A stretch of DNA of 64,000 nucleotides from Trueperaceae bacterium (lineage in GTDB: Bacteria > Deinococcota > Deinococci > Deinococcales > Trueperaceae), in NCBI GenBank assembly GCA_965213705.1, contig OZ243913.1:3936001-4000000 (forward strand), given 5' to 3'. Made by a program: the position numbers and the translations under genes. The notes under the pieces were generated by a model. It searched no databases and was not told the origin of the DNA. It worked only from the letters and a program-made list of their open reading frames with translations. This document shows positions 50,354 through 61,423 of this stretch, piece after piece (position 1 is the stretch's first letter; every line of letters begins with the position of its first letter).

Positions 50354-50586
50354 GGCTCACCTCCTGTTGAAAGGATAGGCGATGCGAGTATTAGAATGAT
50401 TAGTCTATAACTGAAGTGCGCTTCAGACCTTTGGACTTCGTGGTGAGCAAAAGTAACAGGGGCTCGACTATTTCGCCGAGCCCTACTGCGAGAAAACCGT
50501 TTCAGTCAATCTCTCAGCTCTCGAGAAGACGGGTCAGAGTTTGTCCATTCAGCACCGCCCCACCAGAAAACTGCTCTGAAACATTC

Positions 50587-51342
50587 TCAGGCGCTCACCC
50601 CCGGCATCTTGCCCAAAATAATCATGCCCAGCACCTCGTCCTTGGTCACGTCCTCGGTGCGCACCGTCCCGACTAAGTGGCCGTTGTGCAACACCGTGAT
50701 GCGGTCACACAGGTCGAACACGTCGTGGATGTCGTGGCTGATTAAAAAGATGCCTATGCCTTCGCGCTTCAGGCCCTTAATGAGCTGGCCGACCTTCTCG
50801 GTCTCCTGCGGCCCGAGCGCGGCGGTGGGCTCGTCCATGATGAGAATTCGTGCGTTGAAGTAAATCGCCCGCCCGATGGCGATGGCTTGCCGCTGCCCGC
50901 CCGAGAGGTTGCGCACGTTGTCGCTCAGGGACTTTATTTTGAGGTCCAGGCGGTCCAAAACTTTGCGCGCCTCGGCCTCCATGCGGTCGTCGTCGACGGT
51001 GCCGAACGGCGTCATGAGTTCGCGGCCCAAAAAGACGTTCGCGGGCGCGGGCAGGTTCTCGGCCAACGCGAGTTGCTGGTAGATGGTTTCGATGCCCTGC
51101 GCCTTGGCGTCGCGCGGGCTGCGGATGGTGACCGGCTGGCCGTTCACGAACACTTCGCCCGCGTCGGCCTGGTAAGCCCCGGAGAGAATTTTGATAAGCG
51201 TGGACTTGCCCGCGCCGTTGTGGCCGAGCAGGCCCACCACCTCGTCGGGGTAGAGGTCTATCGAGACGCGCTCGAGGGCGTGCAGACCGCCGAACGACTT
51301 GGAGATGTTGCGCATTTCGATTAAGGGCGTCACGCCAGCCAC
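50587..51342 (-). CDS. Sugar ABC ATP-binding protein (single NBD)
   Basis: [21 protein letters not shown]. Confidence 0.92.
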   Translation of the reverse strand: MAGVTPLIEMRNISKSFGGLHALERVSIDLYPDEVVGLLGHNGAGKSTLIKILSGAYQADAGEVFVNGQPVTIRSPRDAKAQGIETIYQQLALAENLPAPANVFLGRELMTPFGTVDDDRMEAEARKVLDRLDLKIKSLSDNVRNLSGGQRQAIAIGRAIYFNARILIMDEPTAALGPQETEKVGQLIKGLKREGIGIFLISHDIHDVFDLCDRITVLHNGHLVGTVRTEDVTKDEVLGMIILGKMPGVSA

Positions 51343-51343
51343 C

Positions 51344-52636
51344 TCAACCCTCCGTCAAACCGCTGCGGCGGCGGTAAAGCACGTCGAGCCACACCGCGAC
51401 GATGAGGACCAGCCCGATGATGACCTGGATGAGCGAGCTGTTCAGGTTTAGAAGCACCATCCCGCTCTGCAGGCTTTGCATAAACACCGCGCCGATAATC
51501 GCCCCCACGACCGTGCCGTAACCCCCGGCGAGCGAGGTGCCGCCGATAACCGCCGCCGCGATGACGTACAGCTCGGTCAGGGTCCCGGTCGAGTTCACGC
51601 CCGAGTTGAGGCGCGCCGTCGCGACCGCCCCGGCGAGAGCGCTCAACACGCCGATGAGCATAAACACGTACAGCGTCATGCGCTTGGTGTCGATGCCCGC
51701 GAGCTGCGCCGCTTCGGGGCTGCCGCCCATCGCGTAGACGTAGCGCCCGAACTTCGTCAGCCGCGCGACGCCGGTCATGAGGAGTGCCACGCCGATGAGG
51801 ACGAGCACGGGAATGGGTATCCCCTGCGCGATTTCGGTGCGCGGCCGGTTGTAGGCGTTCATGATGAGGACGAAGCCCGCCACCGCCGCAACGGCCGCCA
51901 AGCCGACCAGCACTTCGGCCCAGAGAGGCCGCACCGGGAAACCGAGCCGGGCGCGTTTGCCGCGCGTCTGAAAAGCGAGTAAGACGATGGCTAGAATAGC
52001 CGCCAAGCCGACCATCCAACTCCAAAACGCGCCGATGGAACCGTTCAGGCCGCCGCCCAAAAGTTGGAAGTTGCTGTCCAAAGGCGCGACGGTACGCCCT
52101 TGCGTCAGCAACCACGCGCCGCCCCTAAAAATAAGCAAACCCGCTAAAGTGACGATAAATGAGGGAATAAGTTGGTAAGCTATCCAATAGCCCTGAAACG
52201 CCCCGATGAGCGCGCCCGCCAGCAAACCCAGCGCGAGGGCGGCGAGCCAGTTCCAACCCCCGGCCGGCAGGGCTTGCGTTTGCAGCACCGCCATGATCAT
52301 TCCCGTAAAGCCCAGCACCGACCCCACCGACAAGTCGATGTGGCGCATCACGATGACGAAGACCATGCCGGTCGCGATAATGCCCACCACGCTCGTCTGG
52401 ACGGCCAAGTTCCAGAGGTTGCGCGGCGACAAAAAGCCGGTGCCGAAAAACTCGCCTACTGAACCGATAGAAATGTCGTTCTTAAAAATAAACGCGACGT
52501 GAAAACCGAGCCAGAGCAGCAGCAGCACGCCGACCATGCCAAGGAGTCGCACGTCTATCTCGAGCATCCTCAAAAACCCCGGCAGCCCGCCGCCGGAGGT
52601 TTTTTTGATGTTGACCTTGGTTTGAGACGTCGCCAT
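51344..52636 (-). CDS. xylH: Xylose-type ABC permease
   Basis: [29 protein letters not shown]. Confidence 0.85.
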   Translation of the reverse strand: MATSQTKVNIKKTSGGGLPGFLRMLEIDVRLLGMVGVLLLLWLGFHVAFIFKNDISIGSVGEFFGTGFLSPRNLWNLAVQTSVVGIIATGMVFVIVMRHIDLSVGSVLGFTGMIMAVLQTQALPAGGWNWLAALALGLLAGALIGAFQGYWIAYQLIPSFIVTLAGLLIFRGGAWLLTQGRTVAPLDSNFQLLGGGLNGSIGAFWSWMVGLAAILAIVLLAFQTRGKRARLGFPVRPLWAEVLVGLAAVAAVAGFVLIMNAYNRPRTEIAQGIPIPVLVLIGVALLMTGVARLTKFGRYVYAMGGSPEAAQLAGIDTKRMTLYVFMLIGVLSALAGAVATARLNSGVNSTGTLTELYVIAAAVIGGTSLAGGYGTVVGAIIGAVFMQSLQSGMVLLNLNSSLIQVIIGLVLIVAVWLDVLYRRRSGLTEG

Positions 52637-52698
52637 AGCTTTCCCTTCGCGCAACCCGAGTTGTAAAAGAGGCCGTACCGGAGCAAGAATACCAAAAA

Positions 52699-52729
52699 AG
52701 CCGGACGCTGACGACGCCAGCGTCCGGCT
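52699..52729 (-). terminator. Stem-loop between xylF and xylH
   Basis: AGCCGGACGCTG...CAGCGTCCGGCT with a T-run on the minus strand. Confidence 0.6.
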
Positions 52730-52745
52730 CGAACTCAAACCCTAC

Positions 52746-53777
52746 TTACTGACAAGCGGCCGGGGCGTCGGCGCTGCTCGCGTCCACGCCGGCACACAGG
52801 TCTGCTTGAGAAATCCAATTCGCGTCGATAACGACGTCTAAGTTGTCCCTGGTGACCGGGATGGGGGCCAGCAGGATGGCGTTCATGTCCATGCCCTTGG
52901 GGCCGTTGCTGAAGGTCGTCGCGCCTTCGACTGCGTCTACGGCGGTGCCTTGGGCTAAGGCCATCGCGATTTCAGCGGCGGCCGTGCCGAGCGCGCGCGA
53001 GTCTTTAAACACCGACACCGTTTGGGTGCCGAGCGCGACGCGGTTGAGCGCGGCCTGGTCGGCGTCTTGACCCGACACGGGCACTTGGCCCGCCAAGCCC
53101 TGCGAGGCGAGCGCGGCAATCGCGCCGCCCGCGGTGCCGTCGTTCGAGGCGACGACCGCGTCGACGTCGTTGTTGTTAGCGGTTAAGATTTGCTCCATGT
53201 TGCGCTGCGCGTTTTCAGGCAACCAACCGTCGGTGTACTGGTCGCCCACAATCGTAATGTCCCCTGCGTCGATGGCGGGTTGCAGGACCTCGAGCTGACC
53301 GCCGTTCAAAAAGTCGGCGTTCGGGTCCTGGGCGCTGCCCTTGATAAACACGTAGTTGCCGGTCGGTTGCGCCTCGAGAATGGCGCGAGCCTGCATCCGC
53401 CCGACCTCGACGTTGTCGAACGTCAGGTAGAACACGTCGTCGGCTTCGATGAGCCGGTCGTAGGCGAGAACCGGAATGCCTTGCGCCTGCGCCGAGGCGA
53501 CGGCGGGCAAAATGGCGTCGGCGTCCTGGGCCAGCACTATCAACGCTTCCGCGCCCTGGGTGATGAGGCTCTCGATGTCGGAGAGTTGCTTCTCGACCGA
53601 ACTCTGCGCGTCGGCGCTGATGTAACGACCGCCCAACTCTTCGATTTTCGCTTTGATAGCGGCTTCGTCGGTTTTCCAGCGCTCTTCTTGAAAGTTCGAC
53701 CAGCTCACGCCGATAGTCTGCGCGGCGGCGACGCTGAACAGCAGGGCAACCAACATCATCAAACCTAGCTTTTTCAT
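52746..53777 (-). CDS. xylF: D-xylose ABC transporter substrate-binding protein
   Basis: [37 protein letters not shown]. Confidence 0.88.
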   Translation of the reverse strand: MKKLGLMMLVALLFSVAAAQTIGVSWSNFQEERWKTDEAAIKAKIEELGGRYISADAQSSVEKQLSDIESLITQGAEALIVLAQDADAILPAVASAQAQGIPVLAYDRLIEADDVFYLTFDNVEVGRMQARAILEAQPTGNYVFIKGSAQDPNADFLNGGQLEVLQPAIDAGDITIVGDQYTDGWLPENAQRNMEQILTANNNDVDAVVASNDGTAGGAIAALASQGLAGQVPVSGQDADQAALNRVALGTQTVSVFKDSRALGTAAAEIAMALAQGTAVDAVEGATTFSNGPKGMDMNAILLAPIPVTRDNLDVVIDANWISQADLCAGVDASSADAPAACQ

Positions 53778-53975
53778 AAACCTCCCGTAACTGTGACGCG
53801 CCTGTGCAAGCCCACCGTTTGAAACGGCGTAGGTGTGTTACCTGCCGGGTCCTGCCAACTGCGTCACGTAAAGGCTAATGTACTCGCCTCACACAGCTTT
53901 CGTCAAGTTGGACACGGCGCTTAATGAAACCGCCGACAGCGGTGCAGAGCCCGGTTTCATGCTACAAATGACCAC

Positions 53976-55541
53976 ATGCTGCGCTCGAGTCTAGCCTTCT
54001 TGATGTTCGTCACCACCTTCACCCTGGCGCAAACGCCGCTGTTCGTCGAGGAAACCTCTACCGCCGGTATCAACCACGTTTACGACGGCGGCTGGGAGTA
54101 TTTCGTGGGCGGCGGCGTGGCCGCGTTCGATTGTAGCGGCGACGCGCTGCCCGACCTGTTTTTGGCGGGCGGTATCAACGCGTCGGCCCTGTACCGCAAC
54201 GTGAGCGAACCCGGCGGCAGTTTGAGGTTCGAGAAGGTGGACGGCGTGGAGCCCCAGTACACGACCGGTGCCTACCCGCTCGACCTCGACGGTGACGGGG
54301 TTTTGGACTTGGTTGTGCTGCGCGTGGGCGAGAACGTCCTGTACCGAGGTCTGGGCGACTGCCGCTTCGAGCGCGCGAACGAAGCTTGGGGCTTCGACGG
54401 CGGACGCGCTTGGACGACGGCCTTTGCCGCTGTTTGGGAAGCGGGTCAAAGCTGGCCGACCCTCGCCTTTGGCAACTACGTCGACCGCGACGACCCGGCG
54501 GGGCCATTCGGAACGTGCGACCGCAACCTGCTGGTTCGACCTGTCGCGGCGGGGGGCTACGGGACCGAGGTTGTGCTCGAGCCCTCCTACTGCACCTTAT
54601 CGCTCCTTTTTACCGACTGGAACCGTTCCGGCACGCCTGCGCTGCTGGTCAGCAACGACCGCCAGTACTACCTCACCAACCAAGACCGCAGCGGCTCCGA
54701 GCAGTTGTGGCGGCTGGGCGAAACACCCACCCTTTACACTGAGGCCGACGGCTGGGCCAAGCTGCAAATCTGGGGCATGGGCATCGCCGCGAGCGACCTT
54801 TCGGGCGACGGCCTGCCGGACTACTACCTGACGAGCATGGCCGACCAAAAACTGCGGGTTTTGACCCAGGGCGCGGCGGGACCGAGCTATCAGGACGCCG
54901 CGTTCGAGCGCGGCGTGACCGCGCACCGCCCCTTTTACGGCGACGACTTAAACCCCTCGACCGGTTGGCACGCTGTCTTTGAGGACGTCGACAACGACAC
55001 GCTCACCGACCTGTTTGTCACCAAGGGCAACGTGGACAGTATGCCGGAGTTCGCGCTCGACGACCCGAACAACCTGTTTTTGGGCGCGGCGGACGGCACC
55101 TTTAGCGAGGTCGCCGAAGCCGCGGGCGTCGCGAGTTCGGAACGCGGGCGCGGCGCTGCGGTGGTCGACTTAAACCACGACGGCCTGCTCGACATCGTCG
55201 TGAACAACCGGCGGGCGAACCTCCAGCTGTGGCGCAACGTGAGCGCGAACGCCGGGAAGTTTGCTGAGTTGCGACTCTTTCAACCCGGTTCCAACCGCTT
55301 CGGAATTGGTGCGCGGCTCGAGGTCAAACTCGGCGAGCGCGTCCTCGTCAGGGACCTCACCGTCGGCGGCGGCCACGTGAGCGGCGCGCACTCGTTTGTG
55401 CATGTAGGTTTGGGCGACGCGACCGAGGCGCAGGTTCGCGTCACTTGGCCGGACGGCGAGCAGAGCGGCTGGTACACCGTAAAGGCCGATAGTTGGAACT
55501 TGTTAAAGCGAGACGCAGCAGAGGCCGAGGTTTTACCCTAA
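53976..55541 (+). CDS. CRTAC1-like FG-GAP repeat + ASPIC/UnbV protein
   Basis: Repeated DxDGDG.xD motifs; NRFGIGAR...HVGLG...VTWPDG. Confidence 0.85.
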   Translation: MLRSSLAFLMFVTTFTLAQTPLFVEETSTAGINHVYDGGWEYFVGGGVAAFDCSGDALPDLFLAGGINASALYRNVSEPGGSLRFEKVDGVEPQYTTGAYPLDLDGDGVLDLVVLRVGENVLYRGLGDCRFERANEAWGFDGGRAWTTAFAAVWEAGQSWPTLAFGNYVDRDDPAGPFGTCDRNLLVRPVAAGGYGTEVVLEPSYCTLSLLFTDWNRSGTPALLVSNDRQYYLTNQDRSGSEQLWRLGETPTLYTEADGWAKLQIWGMGIAASDLSGDGLPDYYLTSMADQKLRVLTQGAAGPSYQDAAFERGVTAHRPFYGDDLNPSTGWHAVFEDVDNDTLTDLFVTKGNVDSMPEFALDDPNNLFLGAADGTFSEVAEAAGVASSERGRGAAVVDLNHDGLLDIVVNNRRANLQLWRNVSANAGKFAELRLFQPGSNRFGIGARLEVKLGERVLVRDLTVGGGHVSGAHSFVHVGLGDATEAQVRVTWPDGEQSGWYTVKADSWNLLKRDAAEAEVLP

Positions 55542-55545
55542 AAAC

Positions 55546-56226
55546 TCACGGAGTTGCAGGAATACTCGCAAATGCCGCGGGCGGGCTGAGGCCGCGCCAA
55601 TTCGTTCCCCCGCCCCGCCGCGGCGGCCAGATGACGGCGGTCGCCCGGCCGGCGATGTTCCCCGCCGGGACGAAGCCGTAGACGCGCGAATCGCAACTGT
55701 TGGGCCTGTTGTCGCCCAGCACGAAATAGTGGCCCGGCGGCACCGTGACTTCGCGCATGGTGCTCGAGCTTAAACTCCCACCCTTGTCGGTAAGAAACGA
55801 CTGCTCGAGCCGCGCCCCGTTGATAAAAACTTGCCCGTTCCCCAAACGAACCGTGTCGCCCGGCCGGCCGACAACCCGTTTCACTAAAAAGTCCCGTCGC
55901 CCGCGGCGGCAGGGCGAGTCCTCGACTTCGCGAAAAATAACGACGTCACCACGCCGGTACTCGCCCAAGATTCCGGCCCGGTGCAGCCAGGTCTCGTACT
56001 TCGGGACGAACAGCCGGTCGCCGGTGAGGAGGGCGTTGAGGACTTCGCCCGAGCCGCCGTTCAGGGTCGGGTACATCGACGCGCCCGCCACGCCGACGGT
56101 GGTAACCAGGAACGTCGTGACGAGCAGCGCGACGACGAAAGCCTCGGCGTAGCCCCGAACCTCGCGCCAGAAGGACGACGGCGGTTTTTTAGAGGTTTTT
56201 TTAGACACGTCAGCGGTTTTGGGCAT
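55546..56226 (-). CDS. lepB: Signal peptidase I
   Basis: GASMYPTL, VKRVVG, GDNRPNSCDSR. Confidence 0.92.
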   Translation of the reverse strand: MPKTADVSKKTSKKPPSSFWREVRGYAEAFVVALLVTTFLVTTVGVAGASMYPTLNGGSGEVLNALLTGDRLFVPKYETWLHRAGILGEYRRGDVVIFREVEDSPCRRGRRDFLVKRVVGRPGDTVRLGNGQVFINGARLEQSFLTDKGGSLSSSTMREVTVPPGHYFVLGDNRPNSCDSRVYGFVPAGNIAGRATAVIWPPRRGGGTNWRGLSPPAAFASIPATP

Positions 56227-56371
56227 AACACCTGCTCCTGACTCGAGAAGAGCCGCTTTTAGCTTACAATCAGAGCTTGGTCGCGCTTGTGTCGCGCCGC
56301 TGTGTCGCGCCGAAACTGCAGCCGCCGGCGTAAAGTCGAGAGAAGTCCGAGGCTCGAGAACAGGTGAAAAC

Positions 56372-57781
56372 GTGCTCCGCCCTAAAACTAGACGCGAAAT
56401 CAGAGACTTGTCCACCCTCGCGCTGCCGCTCATCTTGGCGCAACTGGCGCAAAACACCCTGAGCTTTATCGACACGCTCATGGTGGGACGGCTCGGCAAC
56501 GAGGCGCTGGCCGGGATTGCCCTGGGCAGCACCGTGTTCTCGTTCGTGTTTCTCGTTTTGTCGGGGGTTATTTTGGCCGTTTCGCCGCTCGTCGCGCAGG
56601 CGCACGGGGCGGCCCGGCCCGACGAGTCGGGCCGGGCGGTGCGCCAGGGTTTGTGGCTCGGCCTGCTGCTGTTCGCGCCCGCTTTCGTCCTGTTCTGGAA
56701 CGCCGAGCCCCTGCTGCTGCGCTTGGGCCAGGACCCGGCGACGTCGGCGCTGAGCGCCGCCTACTTGCGGGCAATTTCCTGGGGGTTGTTGCCCGCGCTC
56801 GGAACGACGGCGTTGCGGGGACTGCTCGAGGGTTTGGGCGTCACCCGGCCCATCATGCTTTTCAGCTTAGCCGGCGTGGGACTGAACATCGTCGCCAACA
56901 ACGCCCTCATGTTCGGGCGCTTCGGTTTGCCGGCGCTGGGTCTGGTCGGCACCGGCTACGCCAGCAGCTTTGTTTACGCCATGATTTTTTTGGCGCTGGC
57001 GCTGTACGTGACGTTGAAGTTCGGGCGTTACCGCATTTTCAAAGACCTGCGCCGACCGGACTTTACAATGCTCGCCGAACTCGTGCGCGTCGGTCTGCCG
57101 ATAGCCTTTACGTTAGGCTTCGAGGTCAGCATGTTCGCGACCACCGCGTTTTTGATGGGTTTGCTCGGCTCGGCGCAACTCGCGGCGCACCAAATCGCGC
57201 TGCAGTCGGCCTCGGTCACCTTTATGGTGCCTTTGGGCCTGGCGATTGCTACCTCGATTCGCGTCGGGCAGGCCGTCGGCCGGGGCGACGCGGACGGGGC
57301 GCGGCGTGCGGGCTACGTCGGCATCGCGGGCAGCGTCCTTTTTATGTGCGTGAGCGCGCTGACTTTTTGGCTCGCGCCGCGCTTCGTCATCGGACTTTAC
57401 TTGGATTTAGGCGCCTCTGCCAACTCTGAGGTCGTCGCCCTCGCTACGGGTTTCTTAGCTTTGGCGGCCGCGTTTCAAATTTTCGACGGTCTGCAGGTGA
57501 GCGCCTCGGGCGCGCTGCGCGGGCTCAAAGACACCCGCGTGCCCATGTTTATCACCCTGTTTTCTTACTGGTTCGTCGGGATAGGCAGCGGGACGCTGCT
57601 CTGTTTCAGCTTGGGGCTGGGCGGGCGCGGGCTGTGGCTCGGGCTCGTGTTCGGCCTGGCGACGGCGGCGGCGCTGCTCGTCTGGCGTTTTTACCACGCG
57701 GTACGCGGTCGGCTCAGACAGCAAGCGGCAGCCGCGGAGTCGAACGTCCCTAGCGTCGCCGCTCCGGGTCCGTTACACTAA
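56372..57781 (+). CDS. MATE efflux transporter (NorM-like)
   Basis: DTLMVGRLG, AAHQIA, FQIFDGLQ....GALRG. Confidence 0.92.
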   Translation: MLRPKTRREIRDLSTLALPLILAQLAQNTLSFIDTLMVGRLGNEALAGIALGSTVFSFVFLVLSGVILAVSPLVAQAHGAARPDESGRAVRQGLWLGLLLFAPAFVLFWNAEPLLLRLGQDPATSALSAAYLRAISWGLLPALGTTALRGLLEGLGVTRPIMLFSLAGVGLNIVANNALMFGRFGLPALGLVGTGYASSFVYAMIFLALALYVTLKFGRYRIFKDLRRPDFTMLAELVRVGLPIAFTLGFEVSMFATTAFLMGLLGSAQLAAHQIALQSASVTFMVPLGLAIATSIRVGQAVGRGDADGARRAGYVGIAGSVLFMCVSALTFWLAPRFVIGLYLDLGASANSEVVALATGFLALAAAFQIFDGLQVSASGALRGLKDTRVPMFITLFSYWFVGIGSGTLLCFSLGLGGRGLWLGLVFGLATAAALLVWRFYHAVRGRLRQQAAAAESNVPSVAAPGPLH

Positions 57782-57800
57782 CTCTTACTGGAGGTTCGCC

Positions 57801-57932
57801 GTGGAAACGTTTCTTGCAATCAGTATGTACAGCGCGTTCGTACTCAGCGGCTTGAGCGCGGTCGCCGTGGTGTTGATACTCCTCGCCAAGTTTTTGAAAG
57901 ACGCTACTTACGACCCGGACACCGACCACTAG
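57801..57932 (+). CDS. Small single-TM protein, 43 aa
   Basis: GGAGG RBS, GTG start, METFLAISMYSAFVLSGLSAVAVVLILLAKF...; below ORF-track cutoff. Confidence 0.55.
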   Translation: METFLAISMYSAFVLSGLSAVAVVLILLAKFLKDATYDPDTDH

Positions 57933-57998
57933 GCGCAGCGGCGCGGCGGCGACTCAAAAACTCCGGTTTTTCAGCCCCACACCCGGAAAGCCTGAGAC

Positions 57999-58493
57999 GT
58001 GTTCAGAGCGCTGAGGCGGTTTTTGCGCCAGCCTAGACCGTCACCTACCGAGGCGGCGCGGGTGTTGCGAGGCGTGTTCGCCGCAATGTTCTTGGCCCAG
58101 GTCGGGGTAGCCGCCGCGCTGGCAAGCGGGCTCGCACTTCTGGCACCCGTTCAGACCTCAGCCTCACCGTTGACAGCGCAAATTCTCGTCGTTCTAGCCC
58201 TGGTGGACCTTCCCGTCGCCGCGACGCTGCCCTACTTGGGTGCGCGGGGCGGCGGCAAAAGCGCGGCGCTGGCGGCGACGTTGCTGGCAGGCGTCCTGCT
58301 GGCGACGCCCGCCTGGTTTCTAGCTTTCGCCGCGTTGGTTAAGAGCGGCGCCGTGTACCTGCTTTTGCTGCTTGCAGTGGTCCTCAACGCCTACGCGTTG
58401 GGCTTTTTTTTGTGCGGCCGCTTTGCCGGTTTTGCGGTTGTCGCAACTCCCGGCTCCGCAAAAGGTCGTGTGACGAAGCAAGCCCAGCGGTAA
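57999..58493 (+). CDS. Hypothetical membrane protein
   Basis: About 4 hydrophobic segments. Confidence 0.6.
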   Translation: MFRALRRFLRQPRPSPTEAARVLRGVFAAMFLAQVGVAAALASGLALLAPVQTSASPLTAQILVVLALVDLPVAATLPYLGARGGGKSAALAATLLAGVLLATPAWFLAFAALVKSGAVYLLLLLAVVLNAYALGFFLCGRFAGFAVVATPGSAKGRVTKQAQR

Positions 58494-58630
58494 GTAGAAG
58501 CTCAGCGGGTAGCTCGGCGCGCCCGCACTTTTGCCCGAGCGCAGGTCACAGGCGACGCTTAAGTCAGCCGCCAAGCCCTAGCACCAGACCGTGATTTTGC
58601 ACGGGAGGCTCGAGTTACACTCTCAGCACT

Positions 58631-59176
58631 ATGACGAGTCTTTGGCAACTGTTCTGGTCGTTCACCAAGGTCGGCGTGTTCGGTTTCGGCGGCGGCCCGT
58701 CGATGATTCCCTTAATTCAGCAAGAGGTCGTCGAGTCGCAGCAGTGGCTCAGCCAAGAGGAGTTTCTGGACGCCTTCGCCTTTGGCAACGCGCTACCGGG
58801 GCCGATTGCGACGAAGCTGGCGGGTTACGTCGGCTACAAGGTCGCCGGAGTTCTGGGCGCGGCGGCGGGACTCGTCGGTATCGCCGTGCCGACGATTATT
58901 GCCATCGTCGCCCTCGGCGCGCTCTACGCGCGCTACAAAACCAATCCCGCCATCGAAGGGTTTTTGAGGGGCGTGCGCCCGGTCGTCGTGGCGCTGTTGG
59001 CCCTCGTCGTGTGGCAGTTCGCGCCCAAGGCCTTCGGCGCGCCGCCCCAGTGGCTCGCCAACTGGGCGCTGTGGGGCTTGGCCGTGGTTGCCTTCGTGTT
59101 GTCGGTCCGGTACAACGTGCATCCGGCGCTGCTCATCGTGGTGGGCGGGTTCGTCGGGGTGGCGTTTTTGCGGTAA
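58631..59176 (+). CDS. Short-chain chromate transporter (CHR family)
   Basis: GFGGG, LPGPIAT, GY.VAG. Confidence 0.88.
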   Translation: MTSLWQLFWSFTKVGVFGFGGGPSMIPLIQQEVVESQQWLSQEEFLDAFAFGNALPGPIATKLAGYVGYKVAGVLGAAAGLVGIAVPTIIAIVALGALYARYKTNPAIEGFLRGVRPVVVALLALVVWQFAPKAFGAPPQWLANWALWGLAVVAFVLSVRYNVHPALLIVVGGFVGVAFLR

Positions 59177-59267
59177 GGAAAAGGAAGTACCGAGGACCGA
59201 GTGGAAAGTACCGAGTGAAGTCAAAAGCTTTTTCTTTTTCGAGCACCCTCGAATGGAGCAGACCTGC

Positions 59268-59735
59268 ATGGAACCTTTCAACCCAGAGCGTCACAGCAAA
59301 GCTATGGCGGCAGCGGCCCTCATCCGGGACGAGGCGGGAGCGTTGCTCATCGTCAAACCCGTTTACCGCGATGGCTGGCTGTTGCCGGGCGGTATGGTGG
59401 AGCCGGACGAGTCTCCCAAGCAAGCCTGTCGGCGCGAAATCAAGGAGGAAGTGGGCCTCGAGCTTGAGGTGGGCCGCTTGCTGTGCGTGGACTACGAGAG
59501 CAGAGACCTGGGTGGTTTTGAGAGAATGAGATTCTTTTTCGGCGGAGGCGTGATAACGCCAGCGCAAACAGCCTGCATCGTCCTCCAAGAGTCCGAGTTG
59601 AGTGCTCACGCTTTTGTACCACTTGAAGAAGCCCTGGAAAAGCTCAATCCTTTTTTGAGTCGCCGTCTGCAACACGCTCTAGCAGCCGAGCAGACTGACG
59701 AGACGTTTTACGTCGAGGACCTGGAACGCGCTTAA
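59268..59735 (+). CDS. NUDIX hydrolase
   Basis: PGGMVEPDESPKQACRREIKEEVG. Confidence 0.88.
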   Translation: MEPFNPERHSKAMAAAALIRDEAGALLIVKPVYRDGWLLPGGMVEPDESPKQACRREIKEEVGLELEVGRLLCVDYESRDLGGFERMRFFFGGGVITPAQTACIVLQESELSAHAFVPLEEALEKLNPFLSRRLQHALAAEQTDETFYVEDLERA

Positions 59736-59745
59736 GGAGTCGTGC

Positions 59746-61326
59746 ATGAACTACACCTTCCCCTACCCTTCCCAGCGGATGCCGGTGATGGCGAAAAACG
59801 TCGTCGCCACTTCGCAGCCGCTCGCCGCTCAGGCGGGTTTAAGGATGCTGCTCAAGGGCGGCAACGCTGTCGACGCCGCGCTCGCCGCCGCCATCACCCT
59901 CACCGTGGTCGAGCCGACGAGCAACGGCATCGGCAGCGACGCTTTTTGCATCCTGTGGGACGGTAACGAGTTGCACGGCCTGAACGCCTCGGGCCGCTCG
60001 CCCGCGGCGTTGACGGCGGAGCGGTTCAAGGGCCAAAAGCAAATGCCCCTGCGCGGCTGGGACGCGGTGACGGTGCCGGGCGCGGTTTCGGCTTGGGTCG
60101 AGCTGTCGAGTAAATTTGGCAAACTGCCGTTCGAAGACCTGTTCGAGCCCGCCGTCACTTACGCTCGAGACGGCTTTCTCGTCTCCCCCATCACCGCCCA
60201 CGCCTGGAGTTACGCGCCGAAAACCTTTGGCGATTTTGAAGCGTTCAGCAAGGGCTTTTTGCCGGGGGGCCGCGCGCCGCGAGCGGGTGAGGTGTTCAAG
60301 TATCCCGAGCAGGCCGGCACCTTGGAGAAAATCGCTACGACCAAGGGCAAGGCGTTTTATGAGGGCAAACTTGCCGAAAAAATGGTCGCGGACGCCCAAA
60401 GACACGGCGCGCTGCTCACCGAAGAGGACTTGGCCGCGCACCGAGCCGACTGGGTCGGCACGATTTCGCAGCGTTACGGCGATGTCGAACTGCACGAAAT
60501 TCCACCGAACGGTCAGGGTTTGGCCGCCCTGATGATGTTGGGCATGTTGAAACATCACGACGTGAGCCGCTACGAGGTGGACTCGGCCGACAGCCTGCAC
60601 CTTCAAATAGAAGCCATGAAACTCGCCTTTGCCGACGCCTACCGCTACATTGCCGACGTGAACGCGATGGACGTTTCTGTGGAAGCCTTGCTGGACGACG
60701 CTTATCTTGCCGAGCGCGCCAAACTCATCGACATGACCAAGGCCCAAACCCCCCAATACGGCGTGCCAAAACGCGGCGGCACCGTCTACCTCACCGCTGC
60801 CGATGCGAGTGGCATGATGGTGTCGTTCATCCAATCGAACTACTACGGCTTCGGCTCGGGCGTGGTGGTGCCGGGGACGGGGATAAGTTTGCAGAACCGG
60901 GGTGCGGGTTTCGTGCTCGAGACAAACCACCCCAACGAGGTCGGCCCCGCCAAACGCCCTTTCCACACCATCATCCCGGCTTTTTTGACCCACTCGGGCC
61001 GACCCCTCATGAGTTTCGGGGTGATGGGCGGGCCGATGCAGCCGCAGGGCCACGCGCAGATGGTACTGCGCATCCTCGACTATAGCCAGAACCCGCAAGA
61101 AGCGAGCGACGCGCCCAGATGGCGGGTCGTGGGCGGAAACGAGGTCGCCGTGGAACAAGGTTTCAGCGACGCGGTGCTGAACGACCTCGTCAGCCGGGGC
61201 CACGAGGTCAAGGTGGACGACTCGGCGTTCGGCGGCTTCGGCGGGGCGCAGCTCATTTACAAGACCGAAGGTGGGTACGTCGCCGGCTCGGACTCGCGCA
61301 AGGACGGGCAGGCGGTGGGGTTTTAA
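59746..61326 (+). CDS. ggt: Gamma-glutamyltransferase family protein
   Basis: GGNAVDAA, GTVYL, LQNRG, KRPFHTIIP, MGGPMQPQGH. Confidence 0.93.
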   Translation: MNYTFPYPSQRMPVMAKNVVATSQPLAAQAGLRMLLKGGNAVDAALAAAITLTVVEPTSNGIGSDAFCILWDGNELHGLNASGRSPAALTAERFKGQKQMPLRGWDAVTVPGAVSAWVELSSKFGKLPFEDLFEPAVTYARDGFLVSPITAHAWSYAPKTFGDFEAFSKGFLPGGRAPRAGEVFKYPEQAGTLEKIATTKGKAFYEGKLAEKMVADAQRHGALLTEEDLAAHRADWVGTISQRYGDVELHEIPPNGQGLAALMMLGMLKHHDVSRYEVDSADSLHLQIEAMKLAFADAYRYIADVNAMDVSVEALLDDAYLAERAKLIDMTKAQTPQYGVPKRGGTVYLTAADASGMMVSFIQSNYYGFGSGVVVPGTGISLQNRGAGFVLETNHPNEVGPAKRPFHTIIPAFLTHSGRPLMSFGVMGGPMQPQGHAQMVLRILDYSQNPQEASDAPRWRVVGGNEVAVEQGFSDAVLNDLVSRGHEVKVDDSAFGGFGGAQLIYKTEGGYVAGSDSRKDGQAVGF

Positions 61327-61423
61327 AGATGGAGCCGAGAAACCAAAAGTCGCTGTGGTGTCTATAAAGCGTCCAGCCACGACGTCTTGAACTGACATCA
61401 GCGTTTCTCTTACCCTAGAGGCC

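Noticed and set aside
59839..61398. 519-aa antisense ORF and other long antisense ORFs
   Set aside because: Shadow ORFs expected from high-GC codon bias opposite well-supported genes.
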